Positions 20,861 through 34,142 of a stretch of 64,000 nt of DNA are shown one piece after another. Numbering within the stretch: position 1 is the first letter of the stretch; each line of letters opens with the position of its first letter. This stretch comes from Phycisphaeraceae bacterium (GTDB lineage: Bacteria > Planctomycetota > Phycisphaerae > Phycisphaerales > Phycisphaeraceae): positions 3,744,001-3,808,000 of the forward strand of contig OY771506.1 of assembly GCA_963674705.1 (NCBI GenBank). The letters run 5' to 3'. The notes below the pieces were generated by a model, which made no database searches, was not told the origin of the DNA, and saw nothing but the letters and a program-made list of their open reading frames with translations. The position numbers and the translations under genes are program-made.

Positions 20861-22354
20861 ATGATGGGGAACCTGTATTCGGCCGTACGTCATTGGCGGG
20901 TGAAGTGTATTGCACCCGGGCGGTTGTGTTGGTTTGTTGTATTCATTGCGCTGGCGGTGTTGTGTTCGTCTGCGGCCGGGCAGGATGGGCGGGCTGGGAA
21001 TAAAGCGGCGATCGAGTCAAGCGGAGATGGTGTTGTTGCGGTTGAAGCGAATCCTGCCAAGGGATTTAACTTTCCTTACTACTTGTTTGTGCCCGAGCAG
21101 GTAGATCGCAGCGGGGAAGTTTATTTATATGTTGAGCCGAACAATACCGGCAAGGCTTCGGATGAGCTTGAGGTTCATCGTGAGAAGGCTTTGAAGCTGG
21201 CTACCTCTTCGTATCCGAATCGGATCGCACGAGAACTGAAGACGCCATTGCTGGTGCCTGTCTTTCCTCGGCCGGGTTCGGATTTGCGGGCATATACCCA
21301 TGCGCTTGATATCGACACGCTCAAGATCACCGAGGGGGAGCTTAAGCGGATCGATCTGCAGTTGCTGGCGATGATCGATGATGCGATAGAGATGCTGCGC
21401 GAGGATGGATACGATGTGCAGGACCGTGTATTTATGCATGGCTTTTCTGCATCGGCGAAGTTTTGCAACCGCTTTGCCTACTTGCATCCGGAACGCGTGA
21501 AGGCTGTCGCGGCGGGGGGCGTGAACGGGTTGCCCACGCTACCGATTCGTGAACGCGACGGTCACACGTTGCCTTTCCCGATCGGGATCGCGGGTATCGA
21601 AGCGTTCACGGATGGCCAATTTGACGCCGCAGCTCATTTACAGGTACCGCAATACATTTATATGGGATACATGGACCGCAACGATACGCTGCCTTCGCGC
21701 GATGCCTGGAACGAAGATGAGGCGGCGGTAATTCGGGATGCGATTGCGGAGAACATGATGCCGGAACGTTGGGAGATCAGCCAGGCGATTTATCGCGAAC
21801 ATCTGCCGTGTGCGCAGTGTGTGACATATAACGGTGTGACGCATACGATCAAACCGGAGATGCTGGAAGATATTGTGACGTTCTTCAAGGCGAATTCAGG
21901 CAAAAAGTATGTTGCGATTGAGCCGCATCAGTATCCATTCGTGGAATACAAGCAGATCCGTGAGGCTCATGTAAATGCGTTGTATTGGCCGGGCGATCCG
22001 AGGTTGCCGGCGTTTGTAAACAAGGGGTCGCGACATGACAAGTTCATGATCGGGATCGAGGAGTGGATGCCGGGGCAGAGCCATCGGCAGTTGGGTGAGT
22101 TTGTAAAAAATGCAGGGTACCGTTTTCGTTTAAAGTCGGAAGGGCGGCCGGACATTCTGATCACGAAGGATAACTTTGGCGGCACGGCCAGCGTAGGCGA
22201 CGGCAGTTTTCAGGTGTTTTATGTGAACCTGGATAAAGAACAGCAAAAAGCGATCGTATCAGATGAGCCTTACACGTTGCATCCGGAGGGTGGGAATGAT
22301 GAATATGTGTGGATCGTTAAAGATGGCGTAGAGCTTATCGTAAGCAAACGATGA
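20861..22354 (+). CDS. Secreted alpha/beta-hydrolase-fold protein with extra C-terminal domain
   Basis: Signal peptide; MHGFSASAKF nucleophile elbow, HPERVKAVAAG, downstream Asp and His. Confidence 0.7.
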   Translation: MMGNLYSAVRHWRVKCIAPGRLCWFVVFIALAVLCSSAAGQDGRAGNKAAIESSGDGVVAVEANPAKGFNFPYYLFVPEQVDRSGEVYLYVEPNNTGKASDELEVHREKALKLATSSYPNRIARELKTPLLVPVFPRPGSDLRAYTHALDIDTLKITEGELKRIDLQLLAMIDDAIEMLREDGYDVQDRVFMHGFSASAKFCNRFAYLHPERVKAVAAGGVNGLPTLPIRERDGHTLPFPIGIAGIEAFTDGQFDAAAHLQVPQYIYMGYMDRNDTLPSRDAWNEDEAAVIRDAIAENMMPERWEISQAIYREHLPCAQCVTYNGVTHTIKPEMLEDIVTFFKANSGKKYVAIEPHQYPFVEYKQIREAHVNALYWPGDPRLPAFVNKGSRHDKFMIGIEEWMPGQSHRQLGEFVKNAGYRFRLKSEGRPDILITKDNFGGTASVGDGSFQVFYVNLDKEQQKAIVSDEPYTLHPEGGNDEYVWIVKDGVELIVSKR

Positions 22355-22497
22355 TTTGAGTGCTGTTGATAGCATGGGTGCAACTCATTTTGCACGACTG
22401 CAGTCCATGCTAATTGCTGTGGTGCATTGTTGTGGGTGTGGAGGATGGCGGTCGTTAAGAGTGCTGATGGTGCTCGCTAATTAGTTACCGCAATTAG

Positions 22498-22923
22498 TTA
22501 CCGCAGTGTAAGGACGATGATGCCGGCGATGGTGAGTAGTGCGCCGATGATCGTGCGTGGCGTGAGTGGTTCGCTGCCGGCGAGTGTGGCGGCGAGGATG
22601 CCGAACATGGGGGAGGTGAAGGCGATGGGCATGATGGTGCCGATATCGCCACCTTTGAGCGCGGCGTAGAAACAGAGCATACCGAGCGAGCCTGCGACGA
22701 TACCGCCGCCGATGATCATGTGCAGTAGTGCGGGGGTGCCTGCGTGAGTGATGGTTTTGATTTGCGGCGCGGCGATGATGCTGAGGATGATCAGCGCGAC
22801 GGCGGTACGGATGGTGATGCCGAGTTGCGGGGAGAGGTTGCCCATGTGCAGGCCCTTCTTTTCGAAGTATCCGCCGATCCCCCATGCGGCGGCGGTGAGC
22901 AGGGCGAAGAGTTGTGGTTTCAT
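22498..22923 (-). CDS. EamA/DMT family transporter (single domain)
   Basis: 141 aa, 5 TM, FYAALK.G....MPI...SP motif. Confidence 0.85.
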   Translation of the reverse strand: MKPQLFALLTAAAWGIGGYFEKKGLHMGNLSPQLGITIRTAVALIILSIIAAPQIKTITHAGTPALLHMIIGGGIVAGSLGMLCFYAALKGGDIGTIMPIAFTSPMFGILAATLAGSEPLTPRTIIGALLTIAGIIVLTLR

Positions 22924-23045
22924 GTTTGGGCTCCGGTTTGGTAATGCGGGGTAGTTTAGTGGGTTGGGGGTGTTTGGTATATGGAGGGTAGGCCCGACTG
23001 CTGAAGCAGTCTCGCCGCACGGTAAGAGGATCGCTTGGTGTATCT

Positions 23046-23081
23046 AAAAGAAAGACCCACGCACGTGAAGTGCGTGGGTCT
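23046..23081 (-). terminator. Terminator of the glutamine synthetase gene
   Basis: 12-bp perfect stem agacccacgcac/gtgcgtgggtct, then a T-rich tract on the minus strand. Confidence 0.8.
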
Positions 23082-23110
23082 GTGGATTATGAATGAGGGG
23101 GACTGGTGAA

Positions 23111-25294
23111 TTACTTGATGAACAGCATTTCCTGGTAGGTCGGCAGCGGCCAGAGGTCGTCGGGAACCATCAGTTCGAGCTTGTCGGCTGCTACACGTAC
23201 GGCAAGCATGGCCGGGATGACCGTGTCACACATGTAGCGTGCCTCTGCCTTGACGCCCTTGGCTTCATGCTCGCGTGCTTTTTCAAGGCCTTCGATCGCG
23301 TCCTGCAGTTCCTTGACCAGGGCGGTCATCTTATCGAGCGTGTTGGTGTCGAACTCGTAGCCGTTGGCCTTGAGGTTCGCACAGGTCTGCGCCAACTCGT
23401 TCTGATAGCGGATGGCTGCCGGGAAGATACGCGTCTTGGCGATGCGTTCGGTGAGGATCGCTTCGACTCTGACGGTACCGACATACTGCTCGAAGTAGAT
23501 TTCCTCGCGGGAGGCCATTTCACGCTTGGAAAGGACCTTGTACTTGGCGAAGATCTTGGTGACTTCGGCGTCGGTGATAGCCGGCAGGGCGTCCGGTGTG
23601 GTCTTGTTGTTAGGCAGGCCGCGCTTTTCGGCTTCCTTATGCCAGGCCTCGGAGTAGCCGTCGCCGTTGAAGATGATGCGGCCGTGTTCCTTGATGATGC
23701 CTTGAACGAGTTTCTGGACAGCAGCATTGAGCTTCTTGGGATCGCCCTTGGTGGCGGCTTCCAGCTCGGTGGCTGCGTAGTCAAGGCTTTCTGCGATGAT
23801 CGTGTTGAGCGCGACCAGCGGGCCGGCGATCGACTGGGCACTGCCCAGAGCACGGAACTCAAACTTGTTGCCGGTGAAGGCGAACGGGCTGGTACGGTTA
23901 CGGTCGCCCGCGTCCTTGGGCAACGGCGGCAGCGTATCGACGCCGACGGTCATGACGCCGGCCTTCTTGCTGCTCTTGGCGGCGCCGGTCTTGCCGATCT
24001 TCTCGAAGATATCAGCGAGCTGTTCGCCGAGGAAGATCGAGATGATGGCCGGCGGGGCTTCGTTCGCGCCGAGGCGGTGGTCGTTACCGGCATGGGCGAC
24101 GACGGCACGCAGCAGCGGGGCGAACTTATCAACCGCACGGATGACAGCGGAGCAGAACACGAGGAACTGAGCGTTGTCGTGTGGGGTTTCGCCGGGCTCG
24201 AGCAGGTTGCCGACAGTGGCGTTGCCGAGCGACCAGTTCAGGTGCTTGCCTGAGCCGTTGACACCGGCGAATGGTTTTTCGTGCAGCAGACATTCCATGC
24301 CGTACTTCTGGGCGACGCGACGCAGCGTGATCATGATCAACTGCTGGTGGTCGGTGGCGACGTTGGCGTCTTCGTAGACCGGGGCGATTTCATACTGGCC
24401 CGGGGCCACTTCGTTGTGACGCGTCTTGACCGGAACCCCGAGCTTATAGAGTTCGCGTTCGGTATCCATCATGAAAGCGAGGACGCGTTCGGGGATAGCA
24501 CCGAAGTAGTGGTCATCAAACTCCTGTCCCTTCGGGGGAGCTGCGCCGAAGAGTGAGCGGCCGGCGTTGAGCAGGTCCGGACGGGAGAAGAAGAAGTTAC
24601 GGTCGATCAGGAAGTATTCCTGTTCGGGGCCGCCACTGGCCTTGATGAAGCCGGGGTCGCTGTGGCCGAACAGGGCGAGGATGCGCTGTGCCTGTGAGTT
24701 CAAGGCCTGCATCGAGCGGAGAACGGGGGTTTTCTTGTCCAGCGCTTCACCGGTCCATGAGACGAACGCGGTGGGGATGCAGAGGGTTGTGCCGTTCGGA
24801 TTTTCGAGGATGTACGCGGGGCTGGTGACGTCCCACGCGGTGTAGCCACGAGCTTCGAAGGTGGCGCGGATGCCGCCGGAGGGGAAGCTGGAGGCGTCGG
24901 GTTCGCCTTGGATAAGCTGCTTACCGGAGAACTCGGAGATGGTTGCGCCGACTCCATCGGGTGAGAGGAACGAGTCGTGCTTCTCAGCGGTCAAGCCAGT
25001 GAGGGGGTAGAAGACGTGTGCGTAGTGGGTGGCGCCTTTTTGGATGGCCCAGTCACGCATCGCGGCGGCGACAACGTCTGCGACGGTTTCATCGAGCTTT
25101 TCGCCATTCTCGATGGTCTTCATGAGTTTCTTGTAGACATCCTTGGGCAGCCGATCGCGCATCACCGCGGGGCCGAACACGTTGACGCCGTAGATTTCAC
25201 TAGCAGGCGTGTCCGCGAAGTTCAGTGGCGGGGAGATGGGCTTGTAGTTGGTAACTGCCGAAATCGCTTCTCGTCGTGAATTACTGCCGCTCAT
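23111..25294 (-). CDS. glnA: Glutamine synthetase type III
   Basis: [69 protein letters not shown]. Confidence 0.97.
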   Translation of the reverse strand: MSGSNSRREAISAVTNYKPISPPLNFADTPASEIYGVNVFGPAVMRDRLPKDVYKKLMKTIENGEKLDETVADVVAAAMRDWAIQKGATHYAHVFYPLTGLTAEKHDSFLSPDGVGATISEFSGKQLIQGEPDASSFPSGGIRATFEARGYTAWDVTSPAYILENPNGTTLCIPTAFVSWTGEALDKKTPVLRSMQALNSQAQRILALFGHSDPGFIKASGGPEQEYFLIDRNFFFSRPDLLNAGRSLFGAAPPKGQEFDDHYFGAIPERVLAFMMDTERELYKLGVPVKTRHNEVAPGQYEIAPVYEDANVATDHQQLIMITLRRVAQKYGMECLLHEKPFAGVNGSGKHLNWSLGNATVGNLLEPGETPHDNAQFLVFCSAVIRAVDKFAPLLRAVVAHAGNDHRLGANEAPPAIISIFLGEQLADIFEKIGKTGAAKSSKKAGVMTVGVDTLPPLPKDAGDRNRTSPFAFTGNKFEFRALGSAQSIAGPLVALNTIIAESLDYAATELEAATKGDPKKLNAAVQKLVQGIIKEHGRIIFNGDGYSEAWHKEAEKRGLPNNKTTPDALPAITDAEVTKIFAKYKVLSKREMASREEIYFEQYVGTVRVEAILTERIAKTRIFPAAIRYQNELAQTCANLKANGYEFDTNTLDKMTALVKELQDAIEGLEKAREHEAKGVKAEARYMCDTVIPAMLAVRVAADKLELMVPDDLWPLPTYQEMLFIK

Positions 25295-25481
25295 GGGCCA
25301 TGCGCTCCTCTAAAAGTGCATTTGTGAAGGTTCAGGATGTACGACCATTGCCTTACGAATGAGATGCCGCTGTTTCACTGCGAATAACCGTCAATAAACG
25401 GCCTAGGCGGGGATTAAGTGACACTCATTCAGGCCGATACTCTAGCGAATGTCTAGTTGTGATGCAACCCCTATCATATTA

Positions 25482-25498
25482 TGCACAATAATAAGGCA
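25482..25498. promoter_or_regulatory. Possible NtrC-type binding site upstream of GSIII
   Basis: TGCAC-N7-AGGCA vs consensus TGCAC-N7-GTGCA with an AT-rich core; weak -24/-12-like GG-N10-GT at about 25354-25370 on the minus strand. Confidence 0.3.
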
Positions 25499-25618
25499 GT
25501 CTTTGGATTGTCGCGTACAGATGCTGCAATAATTGTAGGTAAATACGTTAAAACATTGATATATATCTACTTAAGTGTAGATTAATTGTGGGGACGTGAT
25601 TGTTTTAAGTGTTTCCGA

Positions 25619-26740
25619 CTATTTTCGTTTGGATCTACTCAAACCGAGACCCAAGGCGATTGCGGTGAAAAAAATGCTTGAGGTGGGTTCGGGGATGGTG
25701 TCGTAGCTGACTACGGGGGGGATGCCTGTGTTCCAATGACTTAAAACGATATCCAGGTCAGCCAAGCCAACAAAACCATCAAGTGTCGGGTCAGCCGCTG
25801 AATTAGCGGGCGGAACGGTCCGGTTCCAGTTGGCGAGGATGATGTCAAGATCGTCCAGACCGACGAAGCCGTCAGCATTGAGATCGCCACGTAGGCCGTA
25901 GGTGAATACAGCGCCTGCGATGTCATCGGGATGTAGTTCGCGGTTGATCGTCTGGCAGCAGTAGGGCGCTTCGGGGTTGTCCCATTGGCCGACGTACATC
26001 ACGCGCTGGTCGGGATTTTCGCCGTCCCAATCCGGATGCCCCAGGCCGATCGCTGCGTGGCCAAGTTCATGAAGGATGAGTCCTTGCAGGTCGTTGGTGT
26101 ATGCGGGTATGGGCGTGATATCCTCGATACCCACGACGATGTCGAAGGTTGCGTTCAGGTTGAAGATGATGTCGCCGGCAAGTGGATCGTTGCCCGCAGG
26201 TCCGGGTGGTCCGAAGCCTACCGCGCCGACGTTGTTGAATGAATGACCCGCTTCGGGAAAGAAAGCGCCGATGCGTATGTCAGGTGAAGTTGCGCCGGCG
26301 GATGCAAACGGTTGGCCAAGATCGGTCATGGGACCGATGAACGTGATGTTTGCGACGGATGCCCATGTATCGAAAGCGGCTTGAATCGCGGTATCAAATG
26401 CGCCGCTGCCATGTAGGTTGTCGATGGCGTTGCGTAGTTGCGTGATGTTGCTGCCGCCGGTGACGCCTGTGGTGCCGGGGAAGGACCAAGGGTCCATTTC
26501 AAAGGTCGGGTCAGCGGTGGTGCCGTCGAGCATGTAGCCCCAGGTAACGACAGCGCCGGTGCCGAAGTTCGGATCGGGCCCCCATTTTGAGCCGTAGCCG
26601 TTGCCGAAGCTGTAGAACGCGGATGCGGTCTGTGATAACACGAGTACGCTGATTGCCGCAAGTATCAATTGACCAATCGCGGATTGGGTGACCTGCCGAT
26701 GTAGTCGTGAATTACCTGTACAAGAAAATGGCATCATCAA
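25619..26740 (-). CDS. Matrixin-like (metzincin) zinc metalloprotease with dockerin-like domain and PEP-CTERM tail
   Basis: AFDTWASVANITF, DIRIG, HELGHAAIGLGH, Met-turn VMY, GDLNADGFVGLDDLD, IPEP. Confidence 0.88.
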   Translation of the reverse strand: MMMPFSCTGNSRLHRQVTQSAIGQLILAAISVLVLSQTASAFYSFGNGYGSKWGPDPNFGTGAVVTWGYMLDGTTADPTFEMDPWSFPGTTGVTGGSNITQLRNAIDNLHGSGAFDTAIQAAFDTWASVANITFIGPMTDLGQPFASAGATSPDIRIGAFFPEAGHSFNNVGAVGFGPPGPAGNDPLAGDIIFNLNATFDIVVGIEDITPIPAYTNDLQGLILHELGHAAIGLGHPDWDGENPDQRVMYVGQWDNPEAPYCCQTINRELHPDDIAGAVFTYGLRGDLNADGFVGLDDLDIILANWNRTVPPANSAADPTLDGFVGLADLDIVLSHWNTGIPPVVSYDTIPEPTSSIFFTAIALGLGLSRSKRK

Positions 26741-26864
26741 ACCTCCCGCCAGGGTTTGTTACGAACGCAACAGAATGTAATCATTTTAATTGCTGTGTGG
26801 TCATGGGATCAATCCTATTTTGGGGTATATGCTGGTAAGATTCCGTTAAAAACACGAGGATGTC

Positions 26865-27431
26865 ATGAGTTGTATCGAGATATTCAAATCGGCCGAAACA
26901 CCGCTGGAACTGGCGACAAAGATGGTGGCGTTGAGTCAGCGTATCTGGCCTCGGGATGCGTCGCCGGAAGAGGAGGCGCGTGCGGAAGCGGAGAAAGCGC
27001 GCAGTTTCGATGGGCCGGCGGACCAGGCGCCGATGTGTTACGCCATTGTTGAAAACGATGAGCCGATCGCGATCGCTTACACGTTTGCACGCCAGATCGA
27101 AACCTCGGGCGGGCTCATGACGATCATGGCGCTGGCGGGGGTGGCGGTTGATGAACCATATCGCGGCAAGGGGTTGGGCAAGCAGATAGTCAAGGCGGCG
27201 TTTGGGCGTGTGGACAAAGGCCTGTTCCCCTTCACCATCTTTCAAACCGGGCCGCAGAACAAGAGCTTTTATGAAAGACTTGGATGCGCGTCAGTAGACA
27301 ACAAGGTCGTTAATTCGCTTTCTGAGATGGATAAGGACGCTTCGCCCTTCTGGGAAGATGTCATCTTGCGTTATCCGGCAACGGGTGATTGGCCCGGCGG
27401 GATGATCGACCTGCTGGGGCCGGGGTATTGA
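26865..27431 (+). CDS. GNAT N-acetyltransferase
   Basis: [13 protein letters not shown] acetyl-CoA motif A; FYERLG. Confidence 0.85.
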   Translation: MSCIEIFKSAETPLELATKMVALSQRIWPRDASPEEEARAEAEKARSFDGPADQAPMCYAIVENDEPIAIAYTFARQIETSGGLMTIMALAGVAVDEPYRGKGLGKQIVKAAFGRVDKGLFPFTIFQTGPQNKSFYERLGCASVDNKVVNSLSEMDKDASPFWEDVILRYPATGDWPGGMIDLLGPGY

Positions 27432-27492
27432 CCGATACGAAGCAAGATCAATTCGTGTTAGAATGCGTGGCTCAAAACAAGGAAGCGAAAAT

Positions 27493-30300
<2,808 letters not shown>

Positions 30301-30443
30301 TATTCGGTTCTTGAAGCGACTGCCCGCACTGCGTCGCAGTGCGGTTAATAAAGAGTTGGTGTGATTCTGCGCGGCTTCTTTATTAGCTGCGATGCGACGC
30401 TTCGTAGGCAGATGGCCATTCATATGAAAGATGGAAGTTAAGA

Positions 30444-30481
30444 CGGCCCTCACCCCGGCCCTCTCCCGAGGGGAGAGGGAG
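30444..30481. repeat. Family A REP
   Basis: cggccctcaccccggccctctcccgaggggagaggg. Confidence 0.85.
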
Positions 30482-30506
30482 GGGGGCAACAAGACATCGC
30501 TACAAT

Positions 30507-30538
30507 AAAAAAAACAACCCCGAGATGAATCGGGGTTG
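30507..30538 (-). terminator. Terminator of the minus-strand membrane-protein pair
   Basis: caaccccga/tcggggttg stem with A8 on the plus strand. Confidence 0.75.
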
Positions 30539-30567
30539 CAGGGTGGTTTTGATTGATCGTACTTTTG

Positions 30568-31299
30568 CTATGACTTCGAGGCTTGCGCCGGATTCGGATC
30601 GGGCCAGGTTTCCTGGAGGATCAAACCGATCACGGCGGGGACGAAGACCAGCAGGGGGACGACGAGCTGGCTGGCGGTGATGCCTGACTTGATGGAGTCG
30701 GACCAGGGATCGAAGCTTAATAGTAGTGCAAGTCCGCCTAGGACGGCGATGGTTGCGCCGCTGACGGAGGTGAAGAGGACGATTGAGAGTTTGAATAGGA
30801 TGAAGGCGAGCATGCCGCAGAGCATGAGGCCGACCAGTGCGCCGATCCAGTAGGCGTCGACGGGGATCTGCGTGTCGGCGGCTTTGTTGACGGCGGCGGC
30901 GATACCGGCCCAGAGGTTTGCACCGATGAATGCGCCGGTGATCCCGCCGAAGATGGCGATGGCGAACTTCATGAGCGGGAACGCGACGGCCGCGAGCAGC
31001 AGGCCCATGCAGCCGGCGACGATGAACGGCGCCTGGATCTGCTCACCGATCCAATAGCCTGCGAACATGCCGATGAGCAGGGCGATCAGGACAGTGGAAG
31101 TCTTGTAGAAGCGGTAGCCGTTGAGCATGCAAAGCAGGCCGACGATCAGGAAGACGACCGCCCAGATCGCGCTGAGCGCCTGGAGGTTCTCGACCAGCGC
31201 TTCGGGTTGAGCGAGCGCGTCAGGTCGGGAGAACATCGCGGTGACGGTGTCGAAAAGATTTTGCAGCGGGCCTTGGGCTGATTTTGCGAGGATAAGCAT
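30568..31299 (-). CDS. Multi-pass membrane protein, DUF4203/TMEM198-like
   Basis: About 7 Gly-rich TM helices; G.R.YK and TS..GA motifs. Confidence 0.7.
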   Translation of the reverse strand: MLILAKSAQGPLQNLFDTVTAMFSRPDALAQPEALVENLQALSAIWAVVFLIVGLLCMLNGYRFYKTSTVLIALLIGMFAGYWIGEQIQAPFIVAGCMGLLLAAVAFPLMKFAIAIFGGITGAFIGANLWAGIAAAVNKAADTQIPVDAYWIGALVGLMLCGMLAFILFKLSIVLFTSVSGATIAVLGGLALLLSFDPWSDSIKSGITASQLVVPLLVFVPAVIGLILQETWPDPNPAQASKS

Positions 31300-31374
31300 C
31301 GAACGACTCCTTTGCACGTCCGTACGTCTTGCGCAGCGGTAATCAGGCGCACCGGTTACCAGGCTGGCTTCGAC

Positions 31375-32295
31375 CTATTTATCGGTTTTACGCTTGAAGA
31401 TCGTCCACTGGACGGCGAGCCCGGCCACGGTTATCAGACCCAGGCAGATCAAAACCCCGCGTGGCGTGGCAGGAAGCCATGTGAGATGTTCGGGCATGAG
31501 TTGAGCGAGAAGTGAGAACAAGCTGAAGAGGATGAGCACCGCACCCGCGACGGTGGACTGGATGGAGGCGGCTTTGTAGGGCGCGATTAACCCAAGCAGC
31601 AGGCCGATGACTGCGGAGATTAACCCGATGAGCATCATGCCGCCACGAGCGCCCGCACCGGCTTCAGACCACCATTGGGCGAATTGTCCACGATAGTAAG
31701 CGGCGAGGCTGCGCAGTGCTTCCAGGATAACGGAGCCGACTTTGCGCGCGGTTTCATTATCCAGTGTGAGTTCAGCGATGGTTTTGCCGTCCTCGTCGGT
31801 TTCGATGGCGGTGTTCATCCCTTCGCGGAATTGATCGGTGATGTCGCCCAGCGGGATATCGATGCTGATGCTGTCGTCTTGGTCGGCTGAATCGGTGAGT
31901 TGATGGGATTCGGTTGCGGCGTCGGGGGATTCGGATTCGGCAGACTCCGGGGGCGCGCCTTGCAGGAGCATGACGACGCCGGCGGCGGCGAGGCCGAAGA
32001 TGAGGGCCCCGCTTATCGCCATCCAGACACGGAACAGCAGTGCGGAGAGCAGCGCCCCGGCGATGGCGGAGCCGATGACCAGCGCGAGGATGATGCCACC
32101 CTGTTCGACGAGGGCTTCGCCGAGCAGCAGTCCGCCGATCCCGCCGAGGATGAGTCCACTGAAGAAGCACATGGACTTGGCGAGTTTGCTGCCGAGTATC
32201 AAAAGCAAGACCCCGACAAGCAGACAGACGGCCGGCATGATGACGCCGACAGAGCCGAGTTTCTCGAGTACTTCCTGAAGCTGCTGCTGACCCAT
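31375..32295 (-). CDS. Multi-pass membrane protein, DUF4203-like, with an acidic central loop
   Basis: Similar TM pattern to the adjacent gene plus a hydrophilic insert of about 100 aa. Confidence 0.65.
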   Translation of the reverse strand: MGQQQLQEVLEKLGSVGVIMPAVCLLVGVLLLILGSKLAKSMCFFSGLILGGIGGLLLGEALVEQGGIILALVIGSAIAGALLSALLFRVWMAISGALIFGLAAAGVVMLLQGAPPESAESESPDAATESHQLTDSADQDDSISIDIPLGDITDQFREGMNTAIETDEDGKTIAELTLDNETARKVGSVILEALRSLAAYYRGQFAQWWSEAGAGARGGMMLIGLISAVIGLLLGLIAPYKAASIQSTVAGAVLILFSLFSLLAQLMPEHLTWLPATPRGVLICLGLITVAGLAVQWTIFKRKTDK

Positions 32296-32421
32296 GAATC
32301 CGATCCTGGGGAGCCCGGCCCGGCGTGGGGTTGGCCGATTCTGATGCGGCTTGCCGGGGCGTGCGAATCTGACACCATCATATCGCCATAAGGCCCGCGT
32401 CGCCGGTACAATGCCGGGGCT

Positions 32422-33513
32422 ATGAATTCCAACAATCCCGACGAACTACTGGCGCCTTTACGCAAACGCATCGACGAACTGGATCAGCAGATCATTGAGC
32501 TGCTGAACGAAAGGGCGAAGGTGGTCGTTGAGGTGGGGCATGTCAAGAAGACCGGTGACAATCCGATCTATGTGCCTGAGCGTGAGCGGGTGGTGCTGGA
32601 CCAGGTGCGCAAATATAACATGGGGCCGCTACCCGATGCGTGTCTTGAGGCGATCTGGCGTGAGTTGATGTCGGGCAGTTTCGCACTCGAGAGGCCGCTG
32701 CGTGTGGGTTACCTGGGCCCGCCCGGATCGTTCAGCCACCTGGCGGCGCGGCGGAAGTTCGGTGCTTCTATTGAATATGACGACCTTGACAACATCGGCT
32801 CGGTCTTTGAAGCGATCCACCGCGAGCACATCGACCTGGGGCTGGTCCCGATCGAGAACTCAGCGATCGGCGGTATCGGCGAGACGCTGGATGGATTTCT
32901 CGAATCGGACGTCAAGGTTTGTGCGGAGGTGTTGATTAATATCCACCACAACCTGCTGGCGAACGATCCGCCGGAGAAGATCACGAAGATCTACTCGAAG
33001 CCTGAGGCATTGGGCCAATGCCGAAAGTGGCTGAGCGTGCAGATGCTTCATACGGACAAGGTGCCGGCGGCGTCGACCTCGCGTGCAGCGGAGCAGGCGT
33101 CGCAGGAGCCGGGCGCTGCGGCGATCGGATCAACGCTTGCGGCTGAAGTGTACGGCCTGAAAGTGCAGTTCCAGAACATCGAGGACAACCCGCGCAACAC
33201 GACACGGTTCTTCGTCATCGGCAAACACGCGCCGAAACCCAGCGGCGACGACAAGACCAGCATCATGTTCACGACCGAACACAAGGCCGGCTCGCTGACA
33301 GATGTGCTGGATATCTTCCGCGATTACGGCTTAAACCTGACGCACATCGACAAACGCCCCAGCCAGCGGACGAACTGGGAGTACATCTTCTTCGTCGACC
33401 TGATCGGCCACATCAACGAGTCGAACGTGCAGGAAGCGATCGCCAAGGCGAAGAGCCATTGCCTGCAGATGACGGTGCTGGGTTCATATCCCCGCGCGGC
33501 GGAGGTGTTGTAG
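32422..33513 (+). CDS. pheA: Chorismate mutase/prephenate dehydratase (P-protein)
   Basis: LRKRIDELD AroQ domain; YLGPPGSFS, VPIENS, NTTRF, C-terminal ACT domain. Confidence 0.96.
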   Translation: MNSNNPDELLAPLRKRIDELDQQIIELLNERAKVVVEVGHVKKTGDNPIYVPERERVVLDQVRKYNMGPLPDACLEAIWRELMSGSFALERPLRVGYLGPPGSFSHLAARRKFGASIEYDDLDNIGSVFEAIHREHIDLGLVPIENSAIGGIGETLDGFLESDVKVCAEVLINIHHNLLANDPPEKITKIYSKPEALGQCRKWLSVQMLHTDKVPAASTSRAAEQASQEPGAAAIGSTLAAEVYGLKVQFQNIEDNPRNTTRFFVIGKHAPKPSGDDKTSIMFTTEHKAGSLTDVLDIFRDYGLNLTHIDKRPSQRTNWEYIFFVDLIGHINESNVQEAIAKAKSHCLQMTVLGSYPRAAEVL

Positions 33514-33547
33514 CAGGACATTGTGTGCTGGTCTTTTTTCGGGGTGT

Positions 33548-33632
33548 TGGGTGCCACAACTTGATCGCGAAGCGACAAGGTGTGCTGGTCGTAAGCACAC
33601 TTTGCTGCTGCGCAGTCAAAGTGTGGCACCCA
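33548..33632. repeat. Inverted REP doublet (GGGTGCCAC..GTGGCACCC family)
   Basis: tgggtgccacaacttg..caaggtgtgc and gcacactttg..caaagtgtggcaccca. Confidence 0.7.
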
Positions 33633-33758
33633 TCCCTCTACGTTCAAGGCTCATATGCTATGTTTATTGCGGAATTCCGCGTGTTTATTCCCATATCTGA
33701 AAATGCCGATAAGATAGAATTGAAGCAGAGATACGACTACTCAACGGGAGGTTCTGTC

Positions 33759-34133
33759 ATGGTCAATACCACCATCTTCGGATACGGCGGCAACGGTATT
33801 GGTTCTAGCGTTTCAGCGTCCGAATCGGCACGGGCCGCGGCTGCGGCGGGTAATGCCCAGCGTGAAGTGACATACCTGGAAGACCGGCTCGAGCGGTTGA
33901 GCCTGGTGTGCATGGCCATGTGGTCACTGATCCAGGACAAGACCAACCTTTCGGAAGAAGACCTGATGGAGCGGGTCAAGATGATTGACTTGATGGACGG
34001 CGTAGAAGATGGCAAAGCGTCGAAGGGGGTCCAGAAGTGTCATGCGTGTAATCGCACGATGTCACCTAAGCATCAGAAGTGTTTGTACTGCGGCGCGGAG
34101 AAGCTGGCGCAGAGCGCGTTTGATCGGATTTAA
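33759..34133 (+). CDS. Hypothetical protein with coiled coil and C-terminal zinc ribbon
   Basis: RBS gggagg; DLMDG..DGK motif; CxxC..CxxC. Confidence 0.75.
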   Translation: MVNTTIFGYGGNGIGSSVSASESARAAAAAGNAQREVTYLEDRLERLSLVCMAMWSLIQDKTNLSEEDLMERVKMIDLMDGVEDGKASKGVQKCHACNRTMSPKHQKCLYCGAEKLAQSAFDRI

Positions 34134-34142
34134 GGGCTAGCC

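Noticed and set aside
20766..23010. ggcctac / gtaggcc as ends of a mobile unit
   Set aside because: Only 7 bp match and orientation is outward-facing; too weak
23093..24253. Long antisense ORFs (also 1213-2124, 37998-38969, 39662-40522, 49346-50308)
   Set aside because: Shadow frames of well-supported high-GC genes, with no recognisable motifs
33459..33758. N-terminal ORF extensions (also 52707-52871, 20594-20725, 17895-17981)
   Set aside because: They run through repeats or neighbouring genes; better downstream starts exist
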